A stretch of 63,921 bases of DNA, filler included, from Perkinsus olseni (taxonomy: Eukaryota): the NCBI GenBank assembly GCA_013115125.1. It is 4 parts of 4 records of this genome, joined end to end, with 100 filler letters (N's around TTAATTAATTAA, not from the genome) between each part and the next. Parts side by side here need not be neighbours in the genome. Positions count along the whole stretch, not along the records: positions 1 to 15,940 come from JABANN010000690.1; positions 16,041 to 31,959 come from JABANN010000691.1; 2 more parts are not named here. One strand, written 5' to 3'. Position numbers and translations under genes: made by a program. Below are positions 12,406 through 25,429 of this stretch, piece by piece; within the stretch, counting starts at the first letter, position 1; each line of letters opens with the position of its first letter. The notes below the pieces were generated by a model. The model worked only from the letters and a program-made list of their open reading frames with translations. It did no database searches and had not been told where the DNA came from.

Positions 12406-14300
12406 CACCCAGGTTGGAGACGAGGTAGAAAGAGTTCTCGGGGCATAACGGCCGATCGTATTCGCGTTAGGTTCTTCCTAACTCAGCCACACATATAGCA
12501 GCAGAAGGAAGGATGCCTGCAGCGGAGAGTGGCAAACATCGACCTAGTACCGAAATACAACACGATGATACAGCTCTGGCTAGAGAGCAACTATTGTTCA
12601 TCCATTGCTTCAAGAATGAGCTATTGGCTGGTCAGGGTATACTCCTCAATCAAGTCAATAATCTGTGTAAGGTAATAGTAGTCGTAGAAGTAGTTGGAGT
12701 ACTCGTTCCGCTACCAGTAGTACCGCTATATATAGGTCCGCTGTGGACGTACTGTACGTTATCGTGAGTTTGGATTCGGAAAGCTCAGAGACTTCCTAGA
12801 AGATATCAAAGGCCTCCAGGTGGTTGGAGAGAAGTTCCAGATGACGGTAATGTGACGGCTGCTCTGGTCCTTCTGATTGGGTACCTTCGTCAGATACGGC
12901 TCACTGATGTGGTAGAGTTTGATCTATTCATACGAGAGGCCAATGCTCGTAAATCCGCAGGTAATGCTCAGTAACGCCGCTTTCGTTATCATCGTGTCCT
13001 ACCAACAGGCAGTCGCTCCTCAACAGCTTCGCCAGTCATCGGTGTTACTAAAAGAGGAGGCCCCCTAGCAGAGAGTGACGGTGGAAATATGGTAGGAGAT
13101 GGTAAGTACGAGGAGGAGGTTGAGGAGCTGAAGCATCTCACCCTGCCACAACTCATACCTGAGGATGTTATAGATAAACTGAGGTAAGTCTCCCAATACC
13201 CACACTATTATCATATGATGCCAGTTGTTATACTGTGATAGATACATGTTCTCATGTGAACACTATCAGATAGAGGCATCAGTATTCGTATCTTTATTCA
13301 AGAACAGGTCATACCTCACCACCACCACTTCCACCACCGCAGCTTCATCCACCATAGATACTTTGCCACTGACCCAATGGTATACGAGCGTCTTGGTTAT
13401 AAGAGGATGAGGGACTTCTTGGGAGCAGTACCACAAGTGCATAAACAGGGTACAAAGGCGGAGGCTAAGTAAGATGGTTACTGCCGCCGCCAAGTAGTGT
13501 GCTCATGATCCAGGGTTAACGTGTAGGTATGTATGGGTGGAGAATTCAGCGCCATTACGACTGCCACAACTCGGGGTCCCATCCATAGGGTACTAGATCT
13601 CTACGAGTCTAGCGTAGCATGTGGAGCTCCATATGTGACTGTTCAGACCCCAGGAGGGCTCCAACAACAATACTGCTATTGATTTCCTTCACTCTGCGAC
13701 CACTACAACCTCGTCGTCGTCATCATCATCAGCAGCAGCATCCAGCAATTTCTCCAACAACGACACATTCCTCGGTGCTGCTGGACTGATGCAGCCCTCA
13801 CTATCTCTGGTAGTAGTAGTAGTACTACGCCCTGTCCTGAAGACTGTTAGCTATCGTGCCTTATTGTGCAGGATAACACAGCACTCAACACAATAGAGGA
13901 TATCCTTAATCAGAGCTCCACTGGTGGAGTACAGATTGCTGTAGCTGATCTTCTCACCGGTATATGCGGTGGAGCGAGTAGTGGTTTGGAAAGGCTAATT
14001 GGCTTTAACCTTGCTGGGGCCAACATCTATAAGTAATCATACGACTGGTCCCATCATGCTATTCCCCTCACACATCATCATGGTTGTAGGTTGATACATC
14101 CTGATGACAGTGTATCAGTGAGGTTGAGGATCGATGAGGCTATGGCTATAGGGCTGAAGAGTGTGGACCTAAGTACCTTCAGGCTTAGATCAACAACAGG
14201 CAATAATAATACAATAACTGTAAGAGAGATGTTCTCATTATTCTACGCAATCAAGGTCACCATGATTCACATCAGGTATCCGGAACGGCGTCATGGTTGA
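10502..14300 (+). CDS. Multi-exon protein with two OST-HTH/LOTUS domains and a C-terminal PAS-like domain (may be more than one gene)
   Basis: LOTUS1 is GILLNQVNNLCK|VRCGRTVRYREFGFGKLRDFLEDIKGLQV (about 12630-12830). LOTUS2 is DPMVYERLGYKRMRDFLGAVPQV (about 13370-13440). The PAS-like part is ASSGLERLIGFNLAGANIYK|LIHPDD (about 13970-14110). Confidence 0.6.
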
Positions 14301-15869
14301 TGGGTAACGTATGGACGATTAGCCTGCTAACTCTATCGTAATGATAAGGGCCATAAGAGTAGTAGTAATAATAGCAGTACCAAGCGAGTACTTGATTCAT
14401 GATGACCCGAGACAAGTGGTAAACGTCGTATCGAGCATCATATCAGTATTACGCTCACTCTCTTTTTCCTACTACTACTCGGTGTACCACCTCATCATCT
14501 TGTGTTGGAACTTCTTTACTACTAATGTTTAGTTATATTATATCAATTCATACCTACTGAAGACAACACGAAAGTCATTACTACTATAAAGAACATCGAT
14601 CATTTATTAACATGATGTAGAATGGGTGGTAGGGCTCTATTTCCATCATCTACATTTTCTACTGAGCTGCTGCTGTTCCTGCAATTGCTGAATATGCCTT
14701 TGGTAAATCGTGATAGAGTTGATATCTTGGCTCGAACGACACTAACGTATCTGCGTGGTACCATTCCTTTCTCTCACCATACGCCTCTCCGCTACCTATT
14801 ATTATTAGCTTTCTCAGCTGGGATCATATATGTGATGAGGCACCCCTCATTCGTAGGGCCTTCACTCTTCTTACCCATAATTCGTTCACCCGTATTCTGT
14901 CCACCTTCTCGTCGTCGGGTAACGTGTCTCTTTATGGCTAGCTCTCGATGTACGCCACTACTGATGTATTCATTAGCGTTACGTACAGCGGCCAACTGAA
15001 GAGAATCATAGCAAGCACTACATTAGTATGGACTAGGGCATCGCTTTCTCACCCTTCGTTCGACCGAAGGATCGGGACCAGAAGGTGCTGCTTCGGAGTT
15101 GAGCCCAGTGATGAGGGATGGGCTCCGTTTGCGACGATATTCACGTATACGGGCAATAGTTCTCTTCCTAGTTGATGCAATCTACAGGGAGGCATATTGC
15201 ATAGTAGCAGGGAATGATCCATACTATTACTGCATTAGAGTTTGATATGACCAGAGGACGCCGGTGTAGAGGTCCGGGAGGGGATGATGCTGCGGATGTT
15301 GCTGGCCTACAACGACTGCTACCTCCGTCATCATCAACGTCATAACGTACGGTCGGATATCATGATATCTTGTACTATCGCCTGGTTGTATGCACTGTTT
15401 CGGCTGCTTCACTGCTGCTGCTGCTAGTCGTCGTCGTCGTCGTCGTCGTTGTATAGTTGCAGCGTAACTGCGCTGCCTCATCATCCGTATTCGTGCCTAC
15501 GGAAAACCACCATTTAAGATAGCTCGGGCATAATGACAGCAGCTCACTCCATTATCATCAGTTATTGAGGGAACATGTCCTTCAGAGTCCTCATTCCTCT
15601 CTTGCCCTTCAATACCCTCGCTCTCTGCGTAATGGGTCTAACCCTAATCTCTAAGGTTATCTAGTACCATAGGGGCATCTCCTCCTCTGCATACGTGACC
15701 GATGCCGTGCTCTCTCTGTAGCCTCAGCAGTGATAGAATCCTACAGGATAGAGCTTTTACTAATGCCCCATTTCTGCCTTCTATTACAACTAGATGTATG
15801 TGGGTTTGTATCTCCTCATGATCGATGGGAACCTGTTGTACAGAGGCCTTCAAGGCTGATGTCGACGAC

Positions 15870-15940
<71 letters not shown>
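15870..15940. repeat. (GAT)n microsatellite at contig end
   Basis: About 23 perfect GAT units running into the gap. Confidence 0.95.
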
Positions 15941-16040
15941 NNNNNNNNNNNNNNNNNNNNNNNNNNNNNNNNNNNNNNNNNNNNTTAATTAATTAANNNN
16001 NNNNNNNNNNNNNNNNNNNNNNNNNNNNNNNNNNNNNNNN
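15941..16040. other. Artificial contig linker (N44-TTAATTAATTAA-N44)
   Basis: The six-frame-stop linker sits at 15985-15996, flanked by Ns. Confidence 0.98.
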
Positions 16041-18473
16041 CATGACCCACCAGTGGTGGGCCACCCGGGATGGAGTACAAAACCTGACCCCACCGCATTA
16101 ACAGCTGCCCCCCTCATGCCCCAGTGCCCCAGTTTTCCTGGTTACGCCCACATTCCGAATGTAGTACATTCAATGCACCCATTATTTTGTGAAAATCCGA
16201 GGAGCATCTTAGTGATGGATGAATGCAAAGCATGTTGTTAAGATACCTCCTCCTCCTCGACGCCGACCCCCATCCACCGAAAGACAACGGGCTGCTGTGA
16301 GCGTCCCGCCTTGCCACAGCTTCCACACTAGTGAGAGAAACACTACTCACCGGAGTTCCCGCCAGGACAACCCCAACGCCATGATCAATCGTAGCGTAGA
16401 TGGAGATGCACGATCGCTGCAGCCCGTAAGACATCACCTGAGACCACCAACGAGTGTCGACACGTAGCCGGTGACCAGCGAGTACCCCTGCTATGAGGAT
16501 GGCAATGAGGAAACTCCGCAGGATGTGGACGAAGCTGTCGGAGTTGAACTTCAGCGTGAGCATCTGAGGACACCATTCGCCGCAGACGCTAGGTGGCGTG
16601 GGCTTACTATCGGCAAGGCTCCGATGAGCATACTGAGGTAGACCTGCCCGTGGTACGTCCACATTGTAGGTAGTTGGATGATGTAGCTGAGGTAAGAGTG
16701 GGTCCTTCGGAGAGACTAAGGTTGATGAGGCTCACCATGTTGCAATCGCGGCCTGCCATTGGAGCAGCCTTGTGAGTGCCCTTAAGGACGTCTCACTCGG
16801 TCGTAGAAGCCTGGCAAGGAGCGCTGTTAGGAGGTAGATGAAAAGCATGCCACCGAGACAGAATCTGAGATCAGAACCAGCCATGACACCACCTAGTGAT
16901 CCGACGACAGACGAGGCCGAGGGATTTATCATAGAAATTGCAATTGGTAGACATCCCTGTACACCAAATCACACTGAGATTTGACGGCTACTAGCACATG
17001 CTTGAGACCTCCCCAGCGGTCGAGGAAGGCTTACAGTAGTTGCTTCGGACTGGAACCGATAGAAATAGCGATGGACCAATACCACACAACCAGCACGAGT
17101 AGGGACATGACACCACAGGCTCCACGACTGAGATAATTCTCAAAGGTCGATGCACGACCGTCTGCCTCGGGGGTATCCTGAAATTGTGAGTAGGGGGAGT
17201 TGTGGTACTGCTGGTGACTGACCTCGATAGTGAGGCTACCCTCCTCCGCATCTTGTAGTATCCTCGTGTAAGCTACATCATCCTTGATTCTACTAACCCA
17301 AAGGGCAGTGAGGAGTGCACAGACCACAAGGACTGCGGAAACAACGGCTTGGGACACTATGAAAGCATCGCGGTAGAATAGGGTACTCAGGTAGGGCAAT
17401 GAGCTGAGCATTTACTACGATGATTATTGAACTGAATAGGAAGCCACCACGATCGGCACTTAACGCAAGACGCGAATGATCGGGGGTGATAGAAAACACT
17501 GATCACGCACGACAGTTATGGATTATCCTGGAGGTACTCACGCATGAAGGTTCAATGTGAAGCACCAAGCATAGCAATAAGAATACGTGCACTGCCGCGG
17601 TACCTGCTTCGGGGTTGTGGTAACCAAGTGCTGCAACCGCATTGTGATGCGCGGGAAGAGTTAAATTGAGACCTGACCAGATGCTGCATACGATCCAACT
17701 CTAGGATTGTGTCTGCTTTCCGCCAAAAGCACGCTTCGACCTCGGATACCATTGTCTGGCCATGTTCACAAATGACTCGCCCCGGCATTGATGGGACACC
17801 AAGGGGAATACCGAATTCCCGTCTCAACCCTTCGGGAGATCTCAAGAAAAAACATACAAACCGCCAAGATAGGTTGCTACGGAGACTGCCACCACGCTGG
17901 GTGTTGAACGAACATCATCATCTCAGTGAAGCAGCCGTCCCCAGAATCGATATTCCTGGGGTCATCCCCTCCAGCCGTCACGCGCGCATGACGTGAAATA
18001 CGAGCATTGTCCTTCGAGTATCATACAAGAATAAGGAGGTCGTTGATCCATCCCTGTAGTTTCCTTTCTCCGGAATCCAGTGAACTCCGCCTTAGTCGTT
18101 GTCCTCGCCGCCTTCCGAAGAGGACGTCCTCGGGTGTGGGAGACTGATCTTACCTGCCGATAGCAATCATGTGACGAGCAAGATACGCAGAAGATCAACG
18201 CGAGACGTGATTCATTAACGGCCACGCAGATGCGTCGTTGCTTCGCTCCGCTGCAAAATAGCTTCATGTTTCGACATTTTGTCTGCGCAATTTCCTTAGG
18301 GGTCCCAGTACAGTATTGATTGGCGTCTCATATTTCTCATTCACCTCCACCACCATGGCGAGCAGCACGGCAGTAGGAGCCCCGCGGACGGATGGATCGA
18401 GCCCGAACACTGTAGTAGTTAAACTGCTTCTGTCCAAGTACCAGTAATGTCCGTACCACAACTTCTCATTCAT
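16041..18473 (-). CDS. Hypothetical multi-pass membrane protein (3' end probably beyond the contig edge)
   Basis: Several hydrophobic exons (AVVSAVLVVCALLTALWV; MSLLVLVVWYWSIAISIG; FCLGGMLFIYLLTALLA; ILRSFLIAILIAGVLAG) separated by short introns. Confidence 0.45.
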
Positions 18474-18699
18474 TTTCGAGCGAGTTCTCCTTAGTGGTTG
18501 AGGGTTCGATTACGTTATCTCGAGAGTAGCTGAGAATTATTCTGGTCGAATTTCGGTTCGACTTTCGCCGTGAGCTCCTCATAGCGGCTCGCGGCGTGTA
18601 AATCTTCTGGAAGTCCACAGAGACACGTATCATGCTACGTCCGAGATATCATCATCAAACTCTCAACCACCCACGATAAAATGCCTTCCGAGATCGGAT

Positions 18700-21600
18700 G
18701 AGACGCTCGGCAGGGTCTTCAGTTTTCGTGAGAACTCGGTGGTCCCTAGTAACCAAGATTGGCCCGTTATTTTGGCGGTATTGTGATTGAATGCAGCATT
18801 TTAGGTGGTCTGTTGGTCCGTCTTCGCTATCACAGTAGCGGCATTAGCAGCGATTGACGCTCTGGTCATTAATAAAGGTAAGGGGGGATAGCGATCTCAC
18901 CACTCGAAGGCGTGGCGAAGACCTCGTTATGCTGATAGAGAAAAAATGACGATGTGCAACTAGACTGGGAAAGTTAATCTCCAGTGCGAGACGCAGAATC
19001 GATTCTATGATATGTCTTAATTTATGAAGAACCGTCTGATTGTTCGGGGGGCCTCTCCTCAGTGAGCTCCTCAGGAGGTCATTTAATAGACCAACTCTGA
19101 CTCAGAATTGATTCTAGTTTACGTCTAAAAATCAATCCCGGAATCGATTCTGAATTTCAGAATTGGTTTATTGAACCGGCGCCGCAGAATGACTTTACAC
19201 GTAGAACGATCAAAACCTGGGAGAGGTGTCGAAACTGAGAAGAAGTGCCTGAACGCCTCCAGTGCTTGAGATCGGTTTATTGAACAACGGTCGTATATCG
19301 CATCCGACGCGAACGTAGATATTATCACAGTTGTGGAGCAAATACGAGGATCGACCGCTCCGTGGCGAAAATTCAGGTCGGAAAAATGTCAATTCGGAAG
19401 GCTTCAGAATAGGAGAATGCGGCCGCTCGAACATGCGAGTGATCGCTTAGTGGCCGAGTCCGCGGTGATTGCTCATTCCTCGAGAAATAGCCGCAACTCG
19501 GAAGCGATTCATGCCGGCCTCGTACGGTTGAGTGTCGTACCACTCCTTTAGGAACTCTCCTGTTAGTATTTTTGAGTAGGTTCGAAAGTAGTGGAAGTCC
19601 CTCCTCGTCGTGCCATGGTCTATTGTGTAACGTACCTTGCTTGTGGTCTGCTTTTCAACGTTGTGGTTTATCTATTATACGGTTATGACTCGGAGGTAGT
19701 AGGGAAGCTGCTGCTGCTGCTGCTGCTGCTATCCGCTAGTAGCAGAAGTTCCGTCAGGCTGCCTTCGGCTGGTTCAACGGATACGTCCTCGAGTACATGC
19801 TCAGTATGGATAACGTCTTCTTCTTCCAGGTAGTCCACATCATCAGGCGTATCCTTCGCTGTGCGGAAGATATGTCGAAATTCGCACAACTTCGAATTTT
19901 CGACTCGCAACTGCTTGTTTACGATGGGTGTAAAGACGCACGATTAACTCGAGATCTTCGGCGCTGGTAGACGAGAAAACTAAAACAACCATCTCTGGGC
20001 CTAGTTCTGGATGAGCCCAGAAGACGATGGAAAGCCTCTTATCGTATCGATCTATTCCTCAACGTACCTGCCGAGACGCTGCTTCCAATGACGACGTATC
20101 TTAGGTTGATCCTCGTCTTAGGTGGTTTTCAAGTACTATCGTACTCCTAAATCTCAAGTCAACCGTGCCTTGTTCTACGGCATTGCCATGGCGGCTGGAT
20201 TGCGGCTGCTGTTCTTTTTCCTAGGCAAGCACAGTCGCTCTTCGTCACTGTTGATGATAGCCTATTATTCCACAGTAGAATATAGAGAGACGATCATGAC
20301 GGCCAGAATATGGTCGGGTCAAAAAAGGAAAAAATTCAATTCGAAAATTTCCGATCAAGGCAGATGCCGGTCAGAATTTTTTCGACCGGACTGTTTTCAG
20401 GAGAGGTCCCTCGGCCAGTGTCACCAGCAACTCTCAGGTACCACCTTTTTCAAGCTAATCTTCTTCACACGTTACATATTCGGACTGGTAAGCTGTTGTG
20501 ATGTGGACGATTTATGCTCTCTACTGCTACATGGGGATATCTTGCGACACGGACGAGCTTCCAGTAGAGTTTCCGACAGATTCTTATTTGGAGCGGCTAT
20601 AAGACTGCAACAGACTCGGACGATCAGGACTCTGGTGATCCCAACAATGCTTGTGCTCAGTGTAAGCTGCTTCCTACCGTGCCTGTTGCTCGTCCGTCAT
20701 AGATCGCCCGAATATGAAAAAGCAATGAAAAAAGTGGTTGTGCGAATCGTTTGGTGTGGTATTGCCACCGGAAGCTTATCGTCGCGGTTCGCGATATCAC
20801 CCCCGACTACCACTGGACTACCAACTCGAATTTTCCTGAGTTTCCAGAGTGGCTCACCCGGCTAAGGCTCGGATCTGAATCTGCCTCGACAATGACGATT
20901 TTGTGGATAATATTTGGCCCCATGGCAATCAGGTATCACATCGAGGCTCCGGCTCTTCAACGCCTACTCCTCCGATGGTGCCTTCTTTATCAAAGTTCCT
21001 CGAGACACGTTTGGCCCTCCGCCGGATTGTGATCAATCTGAACTCATTTACGGTAAGAGAGCTGCGATGTGAAGGATAGTGGCGTACTAGTAGTGGCAGT
21101 AGTGAATCAGCTACTAGGCCTTTGAGACCAAGGGGAGCTCGCGCGTCGTGCAGAGTCTGATTCGGGGTGCGTGTGGTACCCAATTGCCCATTAAAAGCCT
21201 TGAGCATAAATACTGCGATACATGAAAGTAGTAGTGATGAAACTAGGACTAAGGTGATAAATCAGCTATTAATTCGAGTACCAGTCCGTTTGGATGATGA
21301 TGGTGATCTTGATACTCTCTGTATGAGATTTCTGACCATCATCATGCCCTCCCCTAGATACCAATTCAACAGCAGCCACTGCTCGACTATCGCCCAATAG
21401 TTCATCGGATGGTTCATCACACTACCAGCCGCTAGTTTACAAGGCCACGTTGTTGTTGATGGTGGTCATCGTGCTTGGTGTTGTCGACGTCCTCTTCGCT
21501 GTGGACTCAGTGACGGCCAAGATCTCTCAATACGATGACATGTGAGCTTATCACAGCAGCCGCCGACGGCGGGTCGCTATGTGCCTTTGTTTTCGTGTAG

Positions 21601-22200
21601 GTTCATCAACTTCTCTTCGTCGATATTCGCGATGCTCACTCTAAGATCGCTGTACTTTCTGGTCATGTACTTGTCCGACCTTTTCGTTCTCATGAAATAC
21701 GGTAAGCCCCTCATTCCTGAGTTCAATCCATGGTCTTATTCACGTCTTTTTTGCGCGTTATGATATCAACGTCGTGGACAGTCGTACGGCTTGGCTAGTA
21801 CGGGGTAGTGGTGCAACGCGAAGGGCGTGAAGTCGGCGCGGCGTCGTCGTATTAGTGGGGCGATGCGAACCCGTCTGTATACGCCAAGGTATTTGTAGAT
21901 GACGGTTGTTCCAAAGCAGACTTCGGAATTGGCAGCACCCAAAACCCCTTGTGAAACCCCAGCTCTCAACAGGAATAATGTCTTTTACGTTGCACCACCC
22001 CGACGTTGTTGGTGATTGGGTGATAGTCCTGTGATCAGGTATCGCCCTTATCCTAGTGTTGGTTGGTCTACAACTCCTGCTTGCCTCATACATCGACATA
22101 ACGAATCGGCAGAGCTGCGCCATCATATCACTGGTCTTCTTCACCTCCATTTGTGCCAGTGTGGTGAGTATTCTGAGCACCTGATTGACTACCCGATTGA
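18700..22200 (+). CDS. TerC/Alx-family integral membrane protein, multi-exon
   Basis: WFNGYVLEYMLSMDNVFFFQVVFKYYRTP..QVNRALFYGI..LRLLF, ILIWSGYK, DVLFAVDSVTA and SSIFAMLTLRSLYF..LFVLMKYG match the TerC motifs (EKSLSVDN, D.MFA.DS.PA, LGLRSLYF). Start and end are approximate. Confidence 0.85.
19077..19178. repeat. Palindromic MITE-like repeat, copy A (intronic)
   Basis: The arms AATAGACCAACTCTGA / TCAGAATTGGTTTATT enclose CAGAAT(C/T)GATTCT motifs. It is similar to the copies at 29568, 61110 and 61697. Confidence 0.7.
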
Positions 22201-25200
22201 CTACCACAACTCTCACTCATCTCGGGCATGATTGGGAGAGAAAAGAGTATCCAACTAGGAATATAGACATTCCTCGCTCTTGCCATAGCTAGGAGGAGAC
22301 AGCCAGTGGTCACACAGTACTGTCTGATAGTGATAAACTCCGTCAGCACCGGAGCGCTGGGATCGACTGTCGCTACATCTTCTGCGTAAAATCTTCTCCG
22401 ATGGAAACAGTGTCGAGGCGAATAGCTCTTCGATAAACGGCTTATCAAAGGCCTCGCAAGTAGCGACAATCCGGTCGCAACCATCACCGTTCGCGCGTTT
22501 AGAGATGCTGTGCTATTCGGGTGTTTCGGAGAGGGACGTACGACGCAGCACTAAGGTGTGCTAAGCCATGTGATTCAAAGCCGCGTCGCGAGCACAGCGG
22601 AGCGAAGCGCATCATCCTCCAGACGAGTGCGGCTCGCGAATACAGTAGCGATGCAGAGCAATTACGAATCCTCTTCCCTTCCTCTGTGTTGACACTAAGG
22701 AATGCCTGCTGTTTGGAATGCAGGTATATTCTAAGTGCATAGCCTCCTGCGGCCGCCGTGGTTCGATTGTTGAGCTGGAAGTGATCGGCAATCGGCATAT
22801 AGAACCCTCTGATATCGAGCTGGGAGATTATAGTGAGCCGCTCGTGTTGTGCTGTGGGATTGGAACCTTCTTCCTTCTCCCAGGCCCACAGGTTGAGCCT
22901 TCTTCCTCGAGTACCTCCACTACGACTGGGGTCCCTCTTGAGTGAAACCCTCGCTGTATGCATTCTCACCGACATTTGTTGTATTATTGACGATCAGCCG
23001 CTCGCGACAGCATCGGCACACTGTGAGAGTTTTTCTCAGTGAAAAATCGTTTATTGTGTTTCAATGGTTGTACTGAGATTTGGCCGCCCGGAGAACATCG
23101 GCCCCGCGGCGACTGGGGAGGAGTAGACCGCCTCTTCCTACTGATGAACCCAAGCCAGCATGGACCATTCAGTTGCATAGAGCTTGCGAACCTTACATGC
23201 ACTATGGTCCGCAGTCTCCGGGAAAATCAGAGCCTCAACACATCGACGATGTTTTACAGCCAACCCGTAGGTGACGTCCCCTACTAATGTCGATGATGGA
23301 CGTTGTATTTTCACCAAACCTTGTATTTCCAACCGTCGTTGAGAATTCCAGCAGCCAGCAGCCAGCATCCGCATGGGCTCACAATTTCAGGCCACTCTGG
23401 GCCGCAAGGCTGTCCAGAGGTTGACGACGCCTCCCCGGCTGTGTCGGTGGTACGACGGCGATTCAAACGCTTGCGGATTGACGGGGAAGATGATGAGCCC
23501 GAGTTGAGGTGGGGCCGGGGAAGGCTTCATGTAGCGAAGCGCCGAGGCCATTTCAGTAGCATTCGAAATCTGCGTTGTGAATTGAGAAGGCGGACCCTAG
23601 CGTGCTTTCAGTGAGAGCAGCGGTTTGATCTCTGGTGACGAGGCACACGGAGAGTCGCTCGAGGGTGTTCCGGAGCACAAGCGGCGATGCACAGATGTCA
23701 GCAGCGACAAGTCTAGCATTGGCAGCAGTTGTGGAGACAGACCGGACCAGGGTGAGTTTTGCGGGGAAATTTTACTTCGGGGAGGATGACGTAGGAGAAT
23801 GGATTGGTGGGCATTAGTACTTCCTCCCACGAAGTCCTAAGCATGGGGGTGGTCCGCTGGACCAGCTCATTCGCGGGAGTGCCGCGGAGCAGGGCGTTTG
23901 GCGGCAGGCTGGTCGCCGTCGTCGTCCACGCTATGACGCAGTCAGGTACCTCCTCCCCTCGACAATCTGACACTCCAATGGTGGCCAGTGCCAACGATCA
24001 TCTTCATCATCATCAGCGTCAGATGCAACTGAAGCAGCTCCTGAAGGTGAGTTGTCCGTCGAGTGCCGTTGAGAAGTTGAGAATCTTTTCTACCCGTCTT
24101 CCCTTTGCTCGACCTGTTCGTGTTCACACACAAAAGCAACACCTCAGGAGCAGATGGCCAAGTATCTGGCCGACTACCGATCCTTGTCACAGAGAACCCA
24201 AATAGAGTGAGCACAGCGCCCTCTATTCACCTAGAGTTTTCGACCCTTCCTGGCCTCAGCTTCCGATGCCCGTCCAACGGTTAACCGGACGAGACATGAT
24301 AGGCTGCCTGTACAGTATGCTTCTTAACACGTTCACCTTGCGTTATCAATCATCCCCCTTCCTCTGCTGTTCTATTCGTGTCTTACCTCGCCACAATGAG
24401 GAACGTCAGTAACGTGAGGGCCACAACGAGTAATGCTTCGGCTACTGTCGCCAACATAGTCACTTTGGATGAATCGCTTCGAGCCCAGGCTCTCAGGCAC
24501 CTGTACTCTCGCACGATCACGCTCGAGTCCAATGCTGCTAGCGGCTGATGTCCGCCCTACCTATACCGCGACCAGGACTGGGGACTCGCGTGCCTTGCCT
24601 ACAATAGTTCCACGGCACTTGGAAGATAAGATAGGTGGGAACCCTCCGTACATGCCAGAGCTCGGCTGTCGCTGTGAGTAGGTGCCTACGCCTTGGCAAG
24701 GCACTGGCCCAGCATGTTTCTCCCGAAGAGGGACACCGAGACACCCGAGAAGTTCCCAATACCATTCCATCCGAGAATTGGATTTTTCTGATGGAGCTTG
24801 TATCGTTTATCGTCTGTGTTCAATCCGCAGGCGTCGTTGCAGGATTCAGAAGAAGCAGAACTATATCGCTGCCGTGCCCATGCTCAACCGAACTCATGGA
24901 CTTTGTTGACTGTTGTTTGTGGGCGTCCTCGCTTTGCGTTGGACAGTACTGCTTCAGTTGATTGAAGCGAACCGAAGGGAGCTGAGCTTCCTCCGTGACC
25001 TTATTTAGTCAAACCCGGTTACTCGTGATTTACCCCATGCGTCCTCTGTTTCCTGTCCTTTTCGGCCGGTTTCCTGCTCAGTGCGGTAGTTAAAATCACG
25101 ATCGCTAATGTGTGGAAATTTTTCAACGTAAGACTGGGAACGCGCTGGAATTCACGACGCCTGCTATCAGCGAAACGAGGTTCAATTCATAGTCAATTTG

Positions 25201-25429
25201 AGAAGTACATCTTGAAAGGTGTCAGGCTAACGGAGGAACTCGTTACTGGCCACCTCACTCACGACGCGTGCTGCCGTGGTGACTCTCTCCTGCTCAACGA
25301 ACTCAAGACTTGTTCGAAATTGGTTGGAATTGTTGATCAATTAAACACTCAGGTATCGTTCCCATCTCACAACTTGGTCTACTTCTCAGTCGAGCTTTGA
25401 ACTTGCCCACGTAATTTTAGAGAACAGTA

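Noticed and set aside
22230-25400. Numerous overlapping short ORFs on both strands
   Set aside because: No recognisable motifs and no reliable exon chain. Genes may be present, but I cannot support a call.
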